Source: Lama glama (lineage: Eukaryota). From it: 64,000 nt of DNA. The stretch lies in NCBI GenBank assembly GCA_028534125.1, contig CM052817.1, positions 9,984,001 to 10,048,000 on the forward strand, in the 5' to 3' direction. Shown in pieces: positions 13,741 to 26,381 of the stretch. Numbering within the stretch: the stretch's first letter is position 1; each line of letters starts with the position of its first letter. The translations under genes and the position numbers were made by a program. Below the pieces are notes generated by a model. The model did not search any database. It saw only the letters and a program-made list of their open reading frames with translations, and was not told the DNA's origin.

Positions 13741-13880
13741 ACCAGGGTTTCTGAACCCTGGCACGTCGACACTGGCGGCCGGATCTTTCTTTGTGGTAGG
13801 GGCTGTCCTGGGCACTGAGGGCTTTTCCCTGCATCCCTGGCCTCTACTGATGGATGCCAGCAGCGCTGCTCTCTCCTCCT
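13741..13880. mobile_element. MER20-like DNA transposon fossil
   Basis: cagggtttctgaaccctggcac...ttctttgtggtaggggctgtcctg...catccctggcctctac...gatgccagcagc. Confidence 0.7.
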
Positions 13881-14089
13881 CAATGCAAAAGCATTCTTAC
13901 AATAAGTGCTAGGTTTTTCTCACTGAGGAACAAACTACACATTGTCAATAGCGCTGAGGAACCACTGACCTGCTTTCCCCTGCTTTCACGCAGAAAATGT
14001 AGAAACAATTATTTCAGGTCTTCCTCCATGTTTTATGGGAAGTGGCCATAACAAACAAACAATTTGAGGCAACTTTAGATTTTACTTAC

Positions 14090-14153
14090 TGTCCAGATCT
14101 GAGAATGCCTTTGCCTTAGTGATAGTGTACTGGTCCAGTACATAGTCGATTTG
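14090..14153 (-). CDS. PROM1: Prominin-1 coding exon 6 (64 nt)
   Basis: tttgtgtttag|CAA ATC GAC...GAC A|gtaagt; encodes QIDYVLDQYTITKAKAFSDLD. Confidence 0.95.
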
Positions 14154-14229
14154 CTAAACACAAAAACAAAAACAAAAAATTAAATGAAACCGCCTCTTCT
14201 CCTTAGAAGCCACAGTAGGAAGACGTTTA

Positions 14230-14418
14230 ACACTACTTTATACAAAACAGATGAACAAGGTCCCACTGTATAGCACAGGGGGCTGTATTCAATGGCTCAT
14301 AATAACCTAATAATGAAGAGGAATATGAGAAAGAATATATATACGACTGAATCACCGCTGTACACCAGAAATTAACACATTATAGATCAAGTATATTTCA
14401 ATTTTTTAAAAAACAAAA
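14230..14418 (+). mobile_element. Short L1 3' UTR fragment
   Basis: aacaaggtcccactgtatagcacaggg...ctgtacaccagaaattaacac, matching the other L1 tails in this window. Confidence 0.75.
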
Positions 14419-16238
14419 AGAGATTTAAAGGGAAAAATTATCCTGAATCAGAACATTTTTAAAGGAAAGGGGGTTCTCAGAGATAATTCTCTTATCTGAC
14501 TCCCAGACTTCTTAAAAATACTCAGAGCTTATTGTCTTAAGAAATATGATTTATTATTTCTCGTGGTCCTGTGGATGGACTATGTGGATTGCCTGGTTGG
14601 GGCCAGTGTGGCTGGGGATAAAACGACCCCTCTCTCTATGTGGCTTCTCCCCCTAAGGCCTGCCGGGTGTTTTCACAGAGCAACCCCTGCAGCAAGAGGA
14701 CAAGAGTGGACCCTGCTAGGCTTCTGGCAGCCTAAGGTCAAAACTAGCACAAGGTCATGTCCGCTGCATTCTTTTGGTCAAAGAATCAGGTCAGAGGCAC
14801 AGCCCAGATTCAAGGGGTTGCAAACAGATCCACGTCTTGAAGGGAGGAGAGACTGCAAAGAATTCGAGGCCATTAGAAACCTACCACCTTAGCATCATTT
14901 TGTTTAGCAGTTATCGCTGATCTGGCCTCTGCTGGGGACACTTGCTCTTCCGTCTACTGGGTCTTAGCAGATCTGCTTCCCCACAGCCTCTGCAACTTTG
15001 GGTATCACCACTTTTAAATAAAATAACTACTGCCAACCTCGGTGCATCATGATTTACTTTTTCATTTCTCCAATTACTAGAGTAAAGCTGAATCTCTTAC
15101 TGTGTTTGGGACCAGCTATATTTCCTCTGTGAATCGACTACTGACATTCTTTGCTCAGTTTCTTATAGATTTGTCAGTGCTCTATCATATACTTTGAACC
15201 AGATAAATTTCCCCCAAAGTCATAACAATTTACTCTCCTTCCGAGATTAGGAAAGCAATTCCAAAGTTCACCAGCCGTGACTGCTGCGTGTATGACTTTG
15301 CCAACTTTTTAGGGGGAAAGTTTTACTTTGGAGTCGTTAGAATGATAGGTGGAAAATATGAACTTTTATTCACAGGCTGGGAAAATGAAGTGTCCCTCTC
15401 TGCACAGGCTATGAAACTATTAATAAAACTGGCTTCTCTAATCTCAGTATTAAAGAAAGCTTGCACGCTTTGCTATTTTAGTTCCAACCACATATTAAAA
15501 AACTAGCACCATATTTAACATGTTGGCATTTTTGTAGAATGTGTTCAATTTGGAAGAACACATCCCTGTGTGAGGAGGCCCAGGGATTCCAGCAGGCTCT
15601 TACTAGTGACTGATAAGACAGCATCTTTCTCTCCGCATGTAGGTTCCCACACGCTCAGCAGCATGTTTGGGCTGCTTTCTGCTGAGATATTTTTAAAAAC
15701 AAGGTTCTGAATAGACAGGGCATCAACATATTTCTGGGATACAGAAAAAGGATGCCCTCAAGCCACCCTGTCCCCTTCCCCAAAGACAGCTTGTGTCTGT
15801 GTGTCTCCTTCCCAAGGAAGTTTACACATGTATACAGGTATTAGCAAGTAAGTGTTCACAAAACAGAAAAAAAGACCTAAAAACAAAGTAATACTTCAAT
15901 AAATAAATAAATACACAAATAAATAAAAATAAAATCTTAAAAATCATGAGACCCTTAAAATGGTTAAGTACTTTTATAATACATACTATATGTTATACCT
16001 TAATAAAATAAAGAAATAAAATATAATAAAAACACAAATTCGGAAATTATGCTTTTATACTCTTTTGAAAATCACTTCCTGGGCCTTTATTTCTTCATCT
16101 GCAAAATTAAAAGACAGCATCCATCTGCATTGATTCATCAGGTTTCCAGAAGGTCTGAATGAGATTCCAAATATATTCAGGAACTCCAAAAGGCCCCAGA
16201 CACAGAGCATCACAGGATAATCAGACCATGGTCCTTAC

Positions 16239-16359
16239 CCCTGGAGTGGTGTTCAGCAGCATTCTCAAGTCGTTGAAATTGCTTTCTGCCAATTTCTGAG
16301 TCTTTCTGAGGTGAGTCCTCATGTGGTGGCTTGCCACAAAACCATAGGTGATGCCAACG
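16239..16359 (-). CDS. PROM1: Prominin-1 coding exon 5 (121 nt)
   Basis: ctctccccgcag|C GTT GGC ATC...CCA GGG|gtaagg; encodes (S)VGITYGFVASHHMRTHLRKTQKLAESNFNDLRMLLNTTPG. Confidence 0.95.
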
Positions 16360-16823
16360 CTGCGGGGAGAGCAGAGAAGGGACAGCGTTTACTGAGGGCG
16401 CGGCGGCCCTGTGGCCAGGTTCAGAGCAGCCCCAGGGCCCGGGGTTGGGGGGGGGGTCTTCCTGCGCAGAGGCCCCTCCTCCCCAAGCCCAGCCCCGCCA
16501 CTGCCACAACCTTCCTGCCACAGAACCATAATCCATGAACCAGCAAATGTGAGCCACGGAACAGGACTCCATCCTCTCAGAGAACACCCACATCCGTTCA
16601 AGAGACATTGTTCTGTTAAATACAAGCCTTATAAACCGAACAATGTTCACGATCAGTTACAGGGGAAACAAAAGTCGCAAAGGTTACAGAGCAGCGTGTG
16701 GAATACAGTCCCATTTCTGTACAGATAGGAAGGCAGGTGCACACCCTCCACACAGTGCACACACAAACCCCACACGCATAGCTCTGCTTCCCTCACAGAA
16801 GACTCTCAGCAAAAACACCCAAA

Positions 16824-17176
16824 TGTTTTGTAAATAAGTTCCTTTGTCTTTTTTTTTTTTTAGATTCACAGACATAGAAAACAAACTTATGGTTGGGAGG
16901 CAGGAAGGGGATGGGAAGGGACAGACTGGGAGTTCAAGATTTGCAGACATTAACTAATATATATAAAACAGATCAACAAGTTCATACTCTATAGCACAGA
17001 GAACTATATTCAATATCTTATAGTAACTTATGGTGAAAAAGAATATGAAAACAAATACCTGTATGTTCATGTATGACTGAAGCATTATGCTGCAGGCCAG
17101 AAATTGACACAGCATTGTACACTGACTATACTTCTATAAAAATATATATACACAAAAAATCCATTTCCATTACTGA
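16824..17176 (+). mobile_element. L1 3' end with a short inverted 5' segment
   Basis: 16867-17160 is an L1 3' UTR. 16824-16866 is the reverse complement of the L1 segment that normally lies immediately upstream. Confidence 0.8.
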
Positions 17177-17738
17177 AAAAAAACCCAAATGATAAGAATG
17201 GTTTGGGCTTTCTAACGTTTTCAGTTAATATAATTGTCTGTTATTACTGTATTGTCCAGACTGAAAAGAAACATGAACTAATCTTGCATTAAAATGCTAC
17301 ATAAGAAGCCACACACAGCAAAGTACATACTGTGTCATCCTAGCTCACGTGAAATACAGAATCAAACACAACGTTGATGCTAAAGGCCAGCGGTTAGACA
17401 TGGGGAGGGGTGGATCGCTGTGCTCGCTTCGCGGAAATTCGTACCTATGTGTTTATAATATGAACACTTCTTTCCATACGAAATATACTTCGGAAAAGAG
17501 TTTCAAAAACACCACATGAAAGGCATCCTGCATGCAAAGTTCTACATGAAAATAAAAACCATTTTTTGAACCATCTGAAATGTCTACATTTAATCTTAAG
17601 GGCTCTTAATGTTGACTAATTACCAACAATTCACTGACTTCAATTAATTTGATCGACTGGTTTGTTTTTATGTCAAAGCCTTTAAACATTAAAAAGTTAC
17701 ATTTAAAATTGCTAATTGCCAAGCCCCTTCATTGGATT

Positions 17739-17757
17739 TAGCCTCTAGATGGCAGCA
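17739..17757 (+). promoter_or_regulatory. Candidate CTCF binding motif
   Basis: TAGCCTCTAGATGGCAGCA closely matches the CTCF core consensus. Motif only; no binding data. Confidence 0.55.
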
Positions 17758-20700
17758 GGGAATCATATAAACTCAACACATCGGCTGTAGATGTTACCTG
17801 AGAAGTTAATAACAAAATTTAGTTTGCAACAAATTGTTAGTTTATAACCACTCAATGATTGGTGTGAATATGTTTTTAGAAAAATGTTTTGCAAATAACA
17901 AACTTTGGGGAAAATAATTCTGATGCAGAATATGAATACTTTTGCATCTTCACCAAAAGCAACGTCTTAGGCAGTATGCATTCATATATTTACAAGTAGG
18001 GTGGCCAAGTGTCCATTTTTGCACCAAAGGTCCCATGTTCCCAGGAAACCTCTCAGCCTTGGGTAAATGAGGAATCATTCACCCCAGTTTCGGTAATGAG
18101 TTATTCCAAGGAGTTCATTGCTGTTCTCATAAAAACATACTTTCCCTCAGCAGTATTACACAAGTGCTTTGGGTTTTCCAAACTAATCCTAAAAAGTCTA
18201 TTACACAATGATGAACAATATTTCTTCTGGTTAACATGTTGCAGTGGGACGTGTACTAGGGTAGAAACAGGAGACTTGGGTTCTAGTGCCACTAACTCAC
18301 ACTGTGTGAGCCTGAGAAAGTCACTTTCCCTCTGAGTTTCCCTGGCATCACAAAGCTAGAAACTCGATCAGATCAGTGCTTCTCAAACTGCAAAGAAGAG
18401 GGGTATGGATGTTCACAAGGTATCTACGACCCGATTATTTTAAAAGTTTGGGTGTCAAGGACCACCTTTAAAAATTGCCATTTAGAATGACCACCTTGGA
18501 ATACATTTTTGTTAGTCTTAAAGGTCTGCATCAGTATTTATGAGGTTGACATTACACCAGAGCAATAAGAGTTATTAAATGATACATTCATGCAAAATGA
18601 GGCCAAATGACCCAAAACAATGAGTTTGGTGTAGTGTCAACAGTAGGAAGGAAAGGCTGAGTCACAGCAACGTGCCTGGAGCTTTATTTACCACGCCAAA
18701 TCTCAAACATTCCGCACCATGCCAAGTCAGGATCACCACCTGACCAGAGGATTTCACACTGGGACCCTTGTTCTCCTCCCCATCACATCCAAATTATTCG
18801 TCATTCATCATGCTCCAGACTCATTTTGTCACATAAGAAGTCAAAGTGAACTTGGGAAGCAAACAGCAGGCCCAAGTCCACCTGGATGGGAGGACGCCTA
18901 GCCATGAACCCCTAGAGGGCGCGCCTGAAGTTCTGATGGGATATTTCTCACTTCGTCTCCTATTTTGTCTTTATTTTCACCTACGTTTAACTGCTCTGAA
19001 AGAAAGGTTGACTGCTTCTTTGTTGGCTTTGGGTACTGAGGGTCTCTTGTTCACGGTGGGTGATCAGTGAATGTGGGTTTAAGGACTGGGCTTTGTTTCA
19101 TTTGGTCCATTTAGAAGATTAGCCACATGTTCGGAGTGTCCAAGTCAGAAACTGTCTTTGTTCCTTTATTGAATTAATGCCTTTACTCAAAAGATCATCA
19201 ATCAGTAAAATGAACAACATCACAGCGCTGCAATACGACACTGAATTTCAATGCAACATAGTTAAAGAGACCCACATTTCTGCTACCCAGTTATGAATCC
19301 AATTAAAATGAAAGCATAGATCATTAAAAAAAAACTGTACTAAACAGAATTCTGGGATAGAATTCAGCAACTTTCAAAGCTGATTTTCAAACCCATAACT
19401 CATTGTAAATTTTACATTTAAATCAAAGATGGGAACATCAAAAGCCCGCAGAGGCAGGCAGAAAGCATGGAGGGCACAGTGTAGGGTACCGACCTTTGGG
19501 AGCTGGGGGAGCAAAGATAGGGTGCGGCAGATGTTCTGCAACTCCGGCAAGTGCCACCTCGATGGAAGACCAGTATTGCCAGATCTTCCAGTTATTTACA
19601 AAAATCTGGGAGTCTGGATTTGTATGTAAAATCTCCCATTTTCATTTTTAAATTTTTTTTCCTGTTTTTAAATATTAGCAACAAATCAAAGAAAAAAATT
19701 TTAAATACTACACAAATTGGTGGTCTCCATTTATAATCTCAAATTTAACACTGCTATTTACACACAAATAGAAAGTGAAAAAGTTATGCTTTTTGTTGCT
19801 GTTGATTTAGACATTCCCTATTATTTGATGCTCTTTAAAGCAAAAAAAAAATCATGTGAATTAATGTTTTTGGGTTTTTTTAAACAACTACCAATCAACT
19901 CTTAGGATATGAGGATGAAAGAAATTCACCTCACACAAAAAGTGAATAAAATTTCAATCAAATGATAATCAAATGACTTTCAGCTCTCTCACATTTGACA
20001 GAAAAGCCTTCAAGTTTAATGCAGGACAACAAAATTTCCTGGAAAATTTTAGCAGAAGACAGGAATTTTTTATGATATATTAGCACTACATCTTCTATAT
20101 TTTATATGGACGGACCAATTTGTTCTCAAATACACTTAGAAGTAAATATTTAAAGTTTTTAAAGAGTATAGCTAAACCTTTAAAATTTGTAGCAATTTGT
20201 TCTACCAATTTCTACTGACAATGAAATTAGCCAATAAGAGCCAAATAAATTTCAGTGTGTAACTGGTCTCTTATTTTTTAAAAATAATTTTTCAATTTGA
20301 GTATCGATTTTAAATAACTAGCCCTCTCTTTAAGAAAGCCTCATGAGTTTCAAGGCATACTGGCTCAATTTCTTTGCTAGAAGCTTGTGGCCACCAAACC
20401 AGGAATTGATACCACATCCTAACAATAACAAAAATAAATGAACTTTGAAAACAGCCGTCTTCCTAAAATGACCGGGATTCAATTTTCACTACGGTAATTC
20501 GTAAAAGCTGACTTAATCGCACTTGGAAACTTAGAAACACCTCTGTACTGGAGAAATAAAGGCATGCATGGCTTCTCCTTTTCATTGTTGCTTATAACCT
20601 TTATGAAATTCTGAAAAATGCAGTGATGACAGGTGCAAAGGAAAGTTGGCTTTTTCTGGAGTAAGACACATCTGTGTAAACCGTCCACAGCGAGATGTGG

Positions 20701-23700
20701 AAATGTAATCTCTGCTGATGGTCAAACAGACTTACGCAAACACATGTCAATGTCTGTGGAATTAAACATTCCGTAGCTTGCCTTTGGAAAAGCCCAGACA
20801 GAACACGACCACATATATTCCACATATAGGGAAGCTTTCTCCTTAATATCTATGCCTTTCTTAATTAAAAATTTTTTTTAATTTTTAAAGAAAACAGAAC
20901 CTATGAAATGTTAGAGTACTCAAGACTCATTTAAAAGCCAACCTCATTTTTAATTCTAACATTTAGTGTACAGCCACAAAGTGGAACTGAGCCTGATTAA
21001 AAGGCAAGTGGACTACTGTGGGCTTCTGAGTGGAGTTTTAAAAAATCATATACAAAGATTATTTGTCAACAGAATCCAGTCTCCGCTGAGGTCAACATAA
21101 GCCGGGGTTAACACCTCCTTTTCTTCCTCTTTCTGCCTTCTGGTTTTGTTGGCATTCCTTCCCCTCTTATTTTATCTAATCTTCTGATGTGGGGGCGTAA
21201 CTTTCTTCTCCTTTCTATCTAATCATAATAGAGAAATCCTTGCTTTTGCCTAGTCTTTAATCTCATTGGCTAGTTTTGATTACTTGCAAACAACACACAG
21301 ACATTATTTCAACTCATGATTTGAAGATACTTGCAAACCAATAAGTGTTCAAGAAGGAAGACATCAAAATAGCTACTTAAATTTGAAAACTTCAAGGCAA
21401 AGAAGTTTAAACTTCTCGTCTGAATTTGAAGTAAACGAAACAGTCTCAAATACTCCTCTTATTTAGGCCTATTTATAATTCATATATAAATTCAGTGTTC
21501 TGTGTGAAATAAATAAGTTTTAAATGTGTCACTTAGCCTCAAATGGTTGATCAAATTTGGTTTAATTATACTGACATTTAAAATTGTGATATTAATTAAT
21601 AAGTTTTACTTGGTTGGGGGAAAATATCTTAACTGAATGTGTTGGAGGTTACAGACTCACATCTGTGTACGTAAGAAAATTTAAGAATTTTCTAAACTAA
21701 AATACACTCAGGAGAAAAAACTTCTCTAAATTTGTTTGATGGGTCTGAGTTCTCAAAAATAAGAGATGCATATAGCATTCAAGTTTCTTTCTGACACTGA
21801 AGCTTTCATATATTTTGGTATTTAAAACCTAATAAAAATAATGCAGTCAGTTCCGGGTGAAGTATAACGTGTATATTGCATAATTATATGTAATGTGAAT
21901 AAAAATCCAGTTTAAAAATAGAAGCCCAATACAGGACATATGCTCCATTAAAATAAATAACCCTCAAAGCCTATTATTATATATGTGAACATTTATTTCG
22001 GTAAATAAGTAACTACATGCAATAAAGACTTTTCCTGAAATTACATCACATGCATTTATATCAAGTGAAAACTATTAACTTGTTAAGTAAGTAATCATGC
22101 TGACAAGAAGCCCTAAGGGCAAGTCTTTTCAAATGACACTTTGTCACCTGAGCCTCATCTTTGATGTCCATGGTGTACAAGGAGGGAGAGGCATGGCTGT
22201 CCAAGTCTTTGGATGCATGAAGGATGTAAGTTTCAGGCTTAAAGGAAACGCACAAGGGGCTTTGGGCTATACCTGACATTTCTCTGGCGGTTGGGGAGGA
22301 GGTAATTACTCCTCTGTGCATTCCTGAAAATATTTCAAATGCAAAGCAGAGAGAGGGGGGACATCTGGAATTACCATCAACCTGATCCTAAGCTGCTTTG
22401 CAGAATGCAAAGTGAAGAAACAGATTCAAATTATGTACGGAGAGACAGAGGCAGAGGCACACAGGGAAACAGGAGTTGGGGTGGCGGGTAGAGAGAGAAT
22501 GAGACTCACATCCCAATCTTGCAGAGAAAACACACACAACAAAGCTCCCTGGTGGTCAAACAACGGTGTGTGAAATGAGCTAACACTCAGTTGTAATTTG
22601 TTAAAGAGCATATTGTTAAGGTCTGTTATTTGACTATTTTCAGCAGAAGTTATGCCCTTGTTCAAAAAATGACTTCCCTGGAATCAGCGGCAGTGCATTA
22701 GCTTCTGCTTTCTGAGGGGATTTTTTTCGGTTGTTCAGGGTTAATTTTTAGTGTTCCTAATTCAGCAGGTAATGCTGAGCATGGTAGATCATCTAAAAGA
22801 GACAACCACCTGTTTCCTTCCCAGAGGTCGGACCGCCGCGTTGCCAGGGTCCTGGCAATCTTTCCACATGTGCTCTGTGCAAATGTAAGAAAGTGCTTGT
22901 GTCCTGACTTTTTTGTTTTCAATCACTGACGCCGTGTTCTACACATGGTCTGCCACCTGCTTGTCTCACTGCATCTCACTTGGGGACTGTTTTATATCAG
23001 CAAATCTAGAGCTGGCCAGCGCTCTCTCCCCTGGGTATACTGCATGCCGCTGAATGGTCCCCCCGACAGCATACATGTTACCAGGCCCCTACTGGCGGCC
23101 ACACTTAAAGACTCTTCCTCTTGAGTTTGCAGCTACAGCTTTAGAACTTTAAATTGTTCTGTTCAATTCTGTTTTCTGCTTAAACTCCCCAATATCAGTT
23201 ATTTAGCAACTTGAAAAATCTTCCTCACGGCTACTGAGAAATGCGGTAGAGACACCTCAGGGAAGAGGCTGACTGCCTCTCCTCGCTGTCTCTGTGTCTC
23301 CTTAAGGCATTATTCATGTCACAGGCACTTTTTTTTCCCCCTGGATTTGACACATCAGTTGAATGAATGAGGAAATGTGAAGAGAGGACCAAATATCCCA
23401 ACCAGAGGGCCAGTACCATGATGCACACTCCTCAACTGAGGAGTCTGATTTGGACCCAACTTAATGTCCTCGTCCTAAAAGCAGGGCACGTCCCATCTGT
23501 CACTCGACTGGAAAACTTTTGGCAGCAGTAGGAGCTGCAGAAGAAACACCATGACGCGTACTCCAGGCTTCAAGAGAGGGTTTCAGCTTAATCGCAAATT
23601 CAAGAAAACTGGGTATATGATGAGAAAATTAATTCCATTCTACAATATTCTCAATTTGCCAAATTCAGGGACTCTACCCATCCTTCAAGATACCTACGAT

Positions 23701-24108
23701 GTACAAATCAACTAGCAAATATTTGCTCTGCCCTCCTGCCTGCTGCCTGGCTCTAGGGAGCTACTCAGAGGAGGGGGGTGCCGTTCTGGTGAACGCTTTC
23801 TGAGGCCACAGGTGTATCAGGATGCCTTCAAGATGAAAAACTGCCAAAGGGTTGGCTTATCACGTAAGCTAGAGCAGCTTGGTTACAACGCTAACTTCTG
23901 CTTAAAAGTGACATCTTTTTGAGCTGTCCTGGGCAAGCATCTTTGTCCTCTCTTTTCTGTTTTGGGTTTTTTTTTAGTTTTTAGTTTTTAGGTTTTTTTT
24001 TTTTTTTTTGGTGGTGGTTGTTTCAAACTCATGGGCTTAACAGTTAAAACACGAGACATTTCTCATTGACCTAAAACACCATCAGCTGTTGTCCAAGATT
24101 CTACTTGC

Positions 24109-24314
24109 CTTATAAATATACAAATCACCAAGAGGGAGACTGCAAAGTATTTCCTAAGGAAGGTGCCATTTTTCTTCTGTCGCTGGTGCATTTCTCCACC
24201 ACACTTGTTACAGCAACGACACACACTAAAGAAAAACCCCACCAGGGGCATCAAGATAATAAACAGCAATCCCAGGGCAGCACAGGTAATAATTCCGATC
24301 TCATAGTAGATAAT
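24109..24314 (-). CDS. PROM1: Prominin-1 coding exon 4 (206 nt): TM1, Cys-rich cytoplasmic loop, start of TM2
   Basis: ttgcag|ATT ATC TAC...; encodes [68 protein letters not shown](S); ends AG|gcaagt (GC donor), phase 2. Confidence 0.95.
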
Positions 24315-24789
24315 CTGCAAGTCAAACAAAAGAAACAGCACATGCTGTAACACAAAATCACATGTAGAACATTCCACAGGGTACACATTTCATGCTTTTT
24401 AACCTATTTGCCATCGTGAGTTAAATTGTAAGGAGTGTGTTTGTGTGTGTGTGTGCATCCATTCTGAAGATCCTTCTTGAAACAGAGGAAGCAGAGATTT
24501 GAGTTATCAGAATATGGGACCAAGCCATTACTAAATTCTTTCAACTTCCAGGAAAATATCCAAATGCAAGGTCAAGTTGCAAATGAATTTCAGCCTCCAA
24601 AGGTATTTTGTTTAAATGGCATGACAAATTTTGGCAGGAGTACTTGCGTAATGAATAACCTATACCTAGGGTGCTTCTCACCACGTAGAACTAGTAGTCG
24701 TCATTAAGGGTTCAAAGCAGTTTGGACTGGATCGATTAATGATAAATTCATAGCTAGTTGCAAAAGAGTCCGGAATATATCTACATTTA

Positions 24790-24970
24790 GGAAAAAGGCT
24801 CAGACTTTCCGAATCAAACATGTGAATCACAGGTGACTCAGTTTCCCCATCCATACACCGGGAATAATAATATATACCTTGTAAGGTCACGGTGAACATT
24901 ACAGATAATCTGTGATTAGCAATAACGTACCAAGTACCTGGCACGGAGCAGATGCTTAACAAGTGAGGCT
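24790..24970 (+). mobile_element. MIR SINE
   Basis: ctcagtttccccatccat...ataatatataccttg...agtacctggcacggagcagatgcttaacaagtg. Confidence 0.65.
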
Positions 24971-26354
24971 GCGCTCGGCAGCCTGTCTCAGATCATCCCT
25001 AGGTTCCTAGGAACTGGCCCAGCTCTTAGATACAACTAAGTGACCTAAACATATTTTCATAATCACTGCTGGCTTTATTCCAGGAGAAATAAAAATCAAT
25101 GCAACTGGATACAACTTGTTCTTGTTCCAGTCCATGTCTGCAGTTACTCACGTTTCCAGAAAGCAAGACATTTTTAAAGAATGATAGGAAATTACAGGTT
25201 GGCAGTTTGCAGCTCATGGGCCAGCTAGATAGCAGTATGTTCTGAAGCCAAGCTGAGCAAAGCGAAGCAAAGCCCACGGCTTGTTGCCAGAAGCACATGT
25301 GACGTCTTGGGAGAGAGCACTGAACGTAGAGTCAGAAGGCCTAATTAAATCCCAGCAGCGGGCTTCTCATTCTCTAAACTGCGAAGCGCTGCATTGCGAG
25401 CACTAATGTCACAGGCATATTGCAAAGGACAGCTAATTAAACAATGTAATGTGTCAGCAATTAGCCAGCACGCAGCAAATATTCTATCAATATTCGCTAA
25501 CTCTGTGGGCAAATGCTTGTAAGTCTTAAGCCAGGTGCACATGGCCCTCGAGTATTATCTACGCCCATATTAAGGTTAATGCTAAAAAAAAAAAAAAAAA
25601 AAAAAAGGAGCAAAAAAGTGATTAAATTTTTGCCACCTTCATCACTTACACTCTCTTCCTCAAACTCAGCCCGACACTGCGGCCACGAAGAGTCACTGTT
25701 TGCTGGTGCGTAACCCGGCCTTGAGGACTCACATCATTGGCTAATAGAGAAACCAACGCCAGACACTCCAAACTCTTACTTAGTTTGCTTTCATTTCTCA
25801 GCAAATATTCTAAATCGTTACTTAAAAAAAAAAAGTTACTATTTTTAAAGGAATTTAAAATCCTTTCTGAAGCCCCAGACACTGAACCCAAACCCAGAAG
25901 AGAAAGGTGTATTAAAATGTTTTAAATGTGCTATCTTTAGCTCCAAATGCAAATTTTATGTTTTATGTACAAGTTTCCCAATGTTTCTGACTAAATATGA
26001 GGTCAAACAATGTCAGGAACAAGGTACGTCATTTCCAGAGCCCCCGTCTAGGCCGAAGTCTGGCCAAGGTCTGGCAAGGACCTCAGTTATTTCCTGACAT
26101 ACCAAGATCTCCGGAGGGCTTTGTGGACTGTGTTGAAGAGATCAAGATTTAAATTTGCCGAGATGAGTGGCTATACTTTCGTGAACCACTAAAGCTGTAA
26201 GAGAAGATGAAAGATGATGGAAGAAACAAAAGAGAAACAAGTAATTTTAAAACCATCACAGTGGAGATGACAGTGACCAGAGGGTTCAGGCCAAAGCATC
26301 ACACCACTCGTGGGCTTTAGACAGAGCGACGTGAAACAGAGGCCAGGACTTTAC

Positions 26355-26381
26355 CTTCAGAGTCAGGACTACGTTTTCTGG
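26355..26381 (-). CDS. PROM1: Prominin-1 27-nt alternatively spliced microexon (PENVVLTLK)
   Basis: ttctacag|CCAGAAAACGTAGTCCTGACTCTGAAG|gtaaag; phase 0/0; corresponds to the human optional PETVILGLK exon. Absent from the ORF track. Confidence 0.93.

Noticed and set aside
25310..25500. TAATTA cluster as a homeodomain enhancer
   Set aside because: The segment reads as a decayed MIR, so the motifs can be explained by repeat drift.
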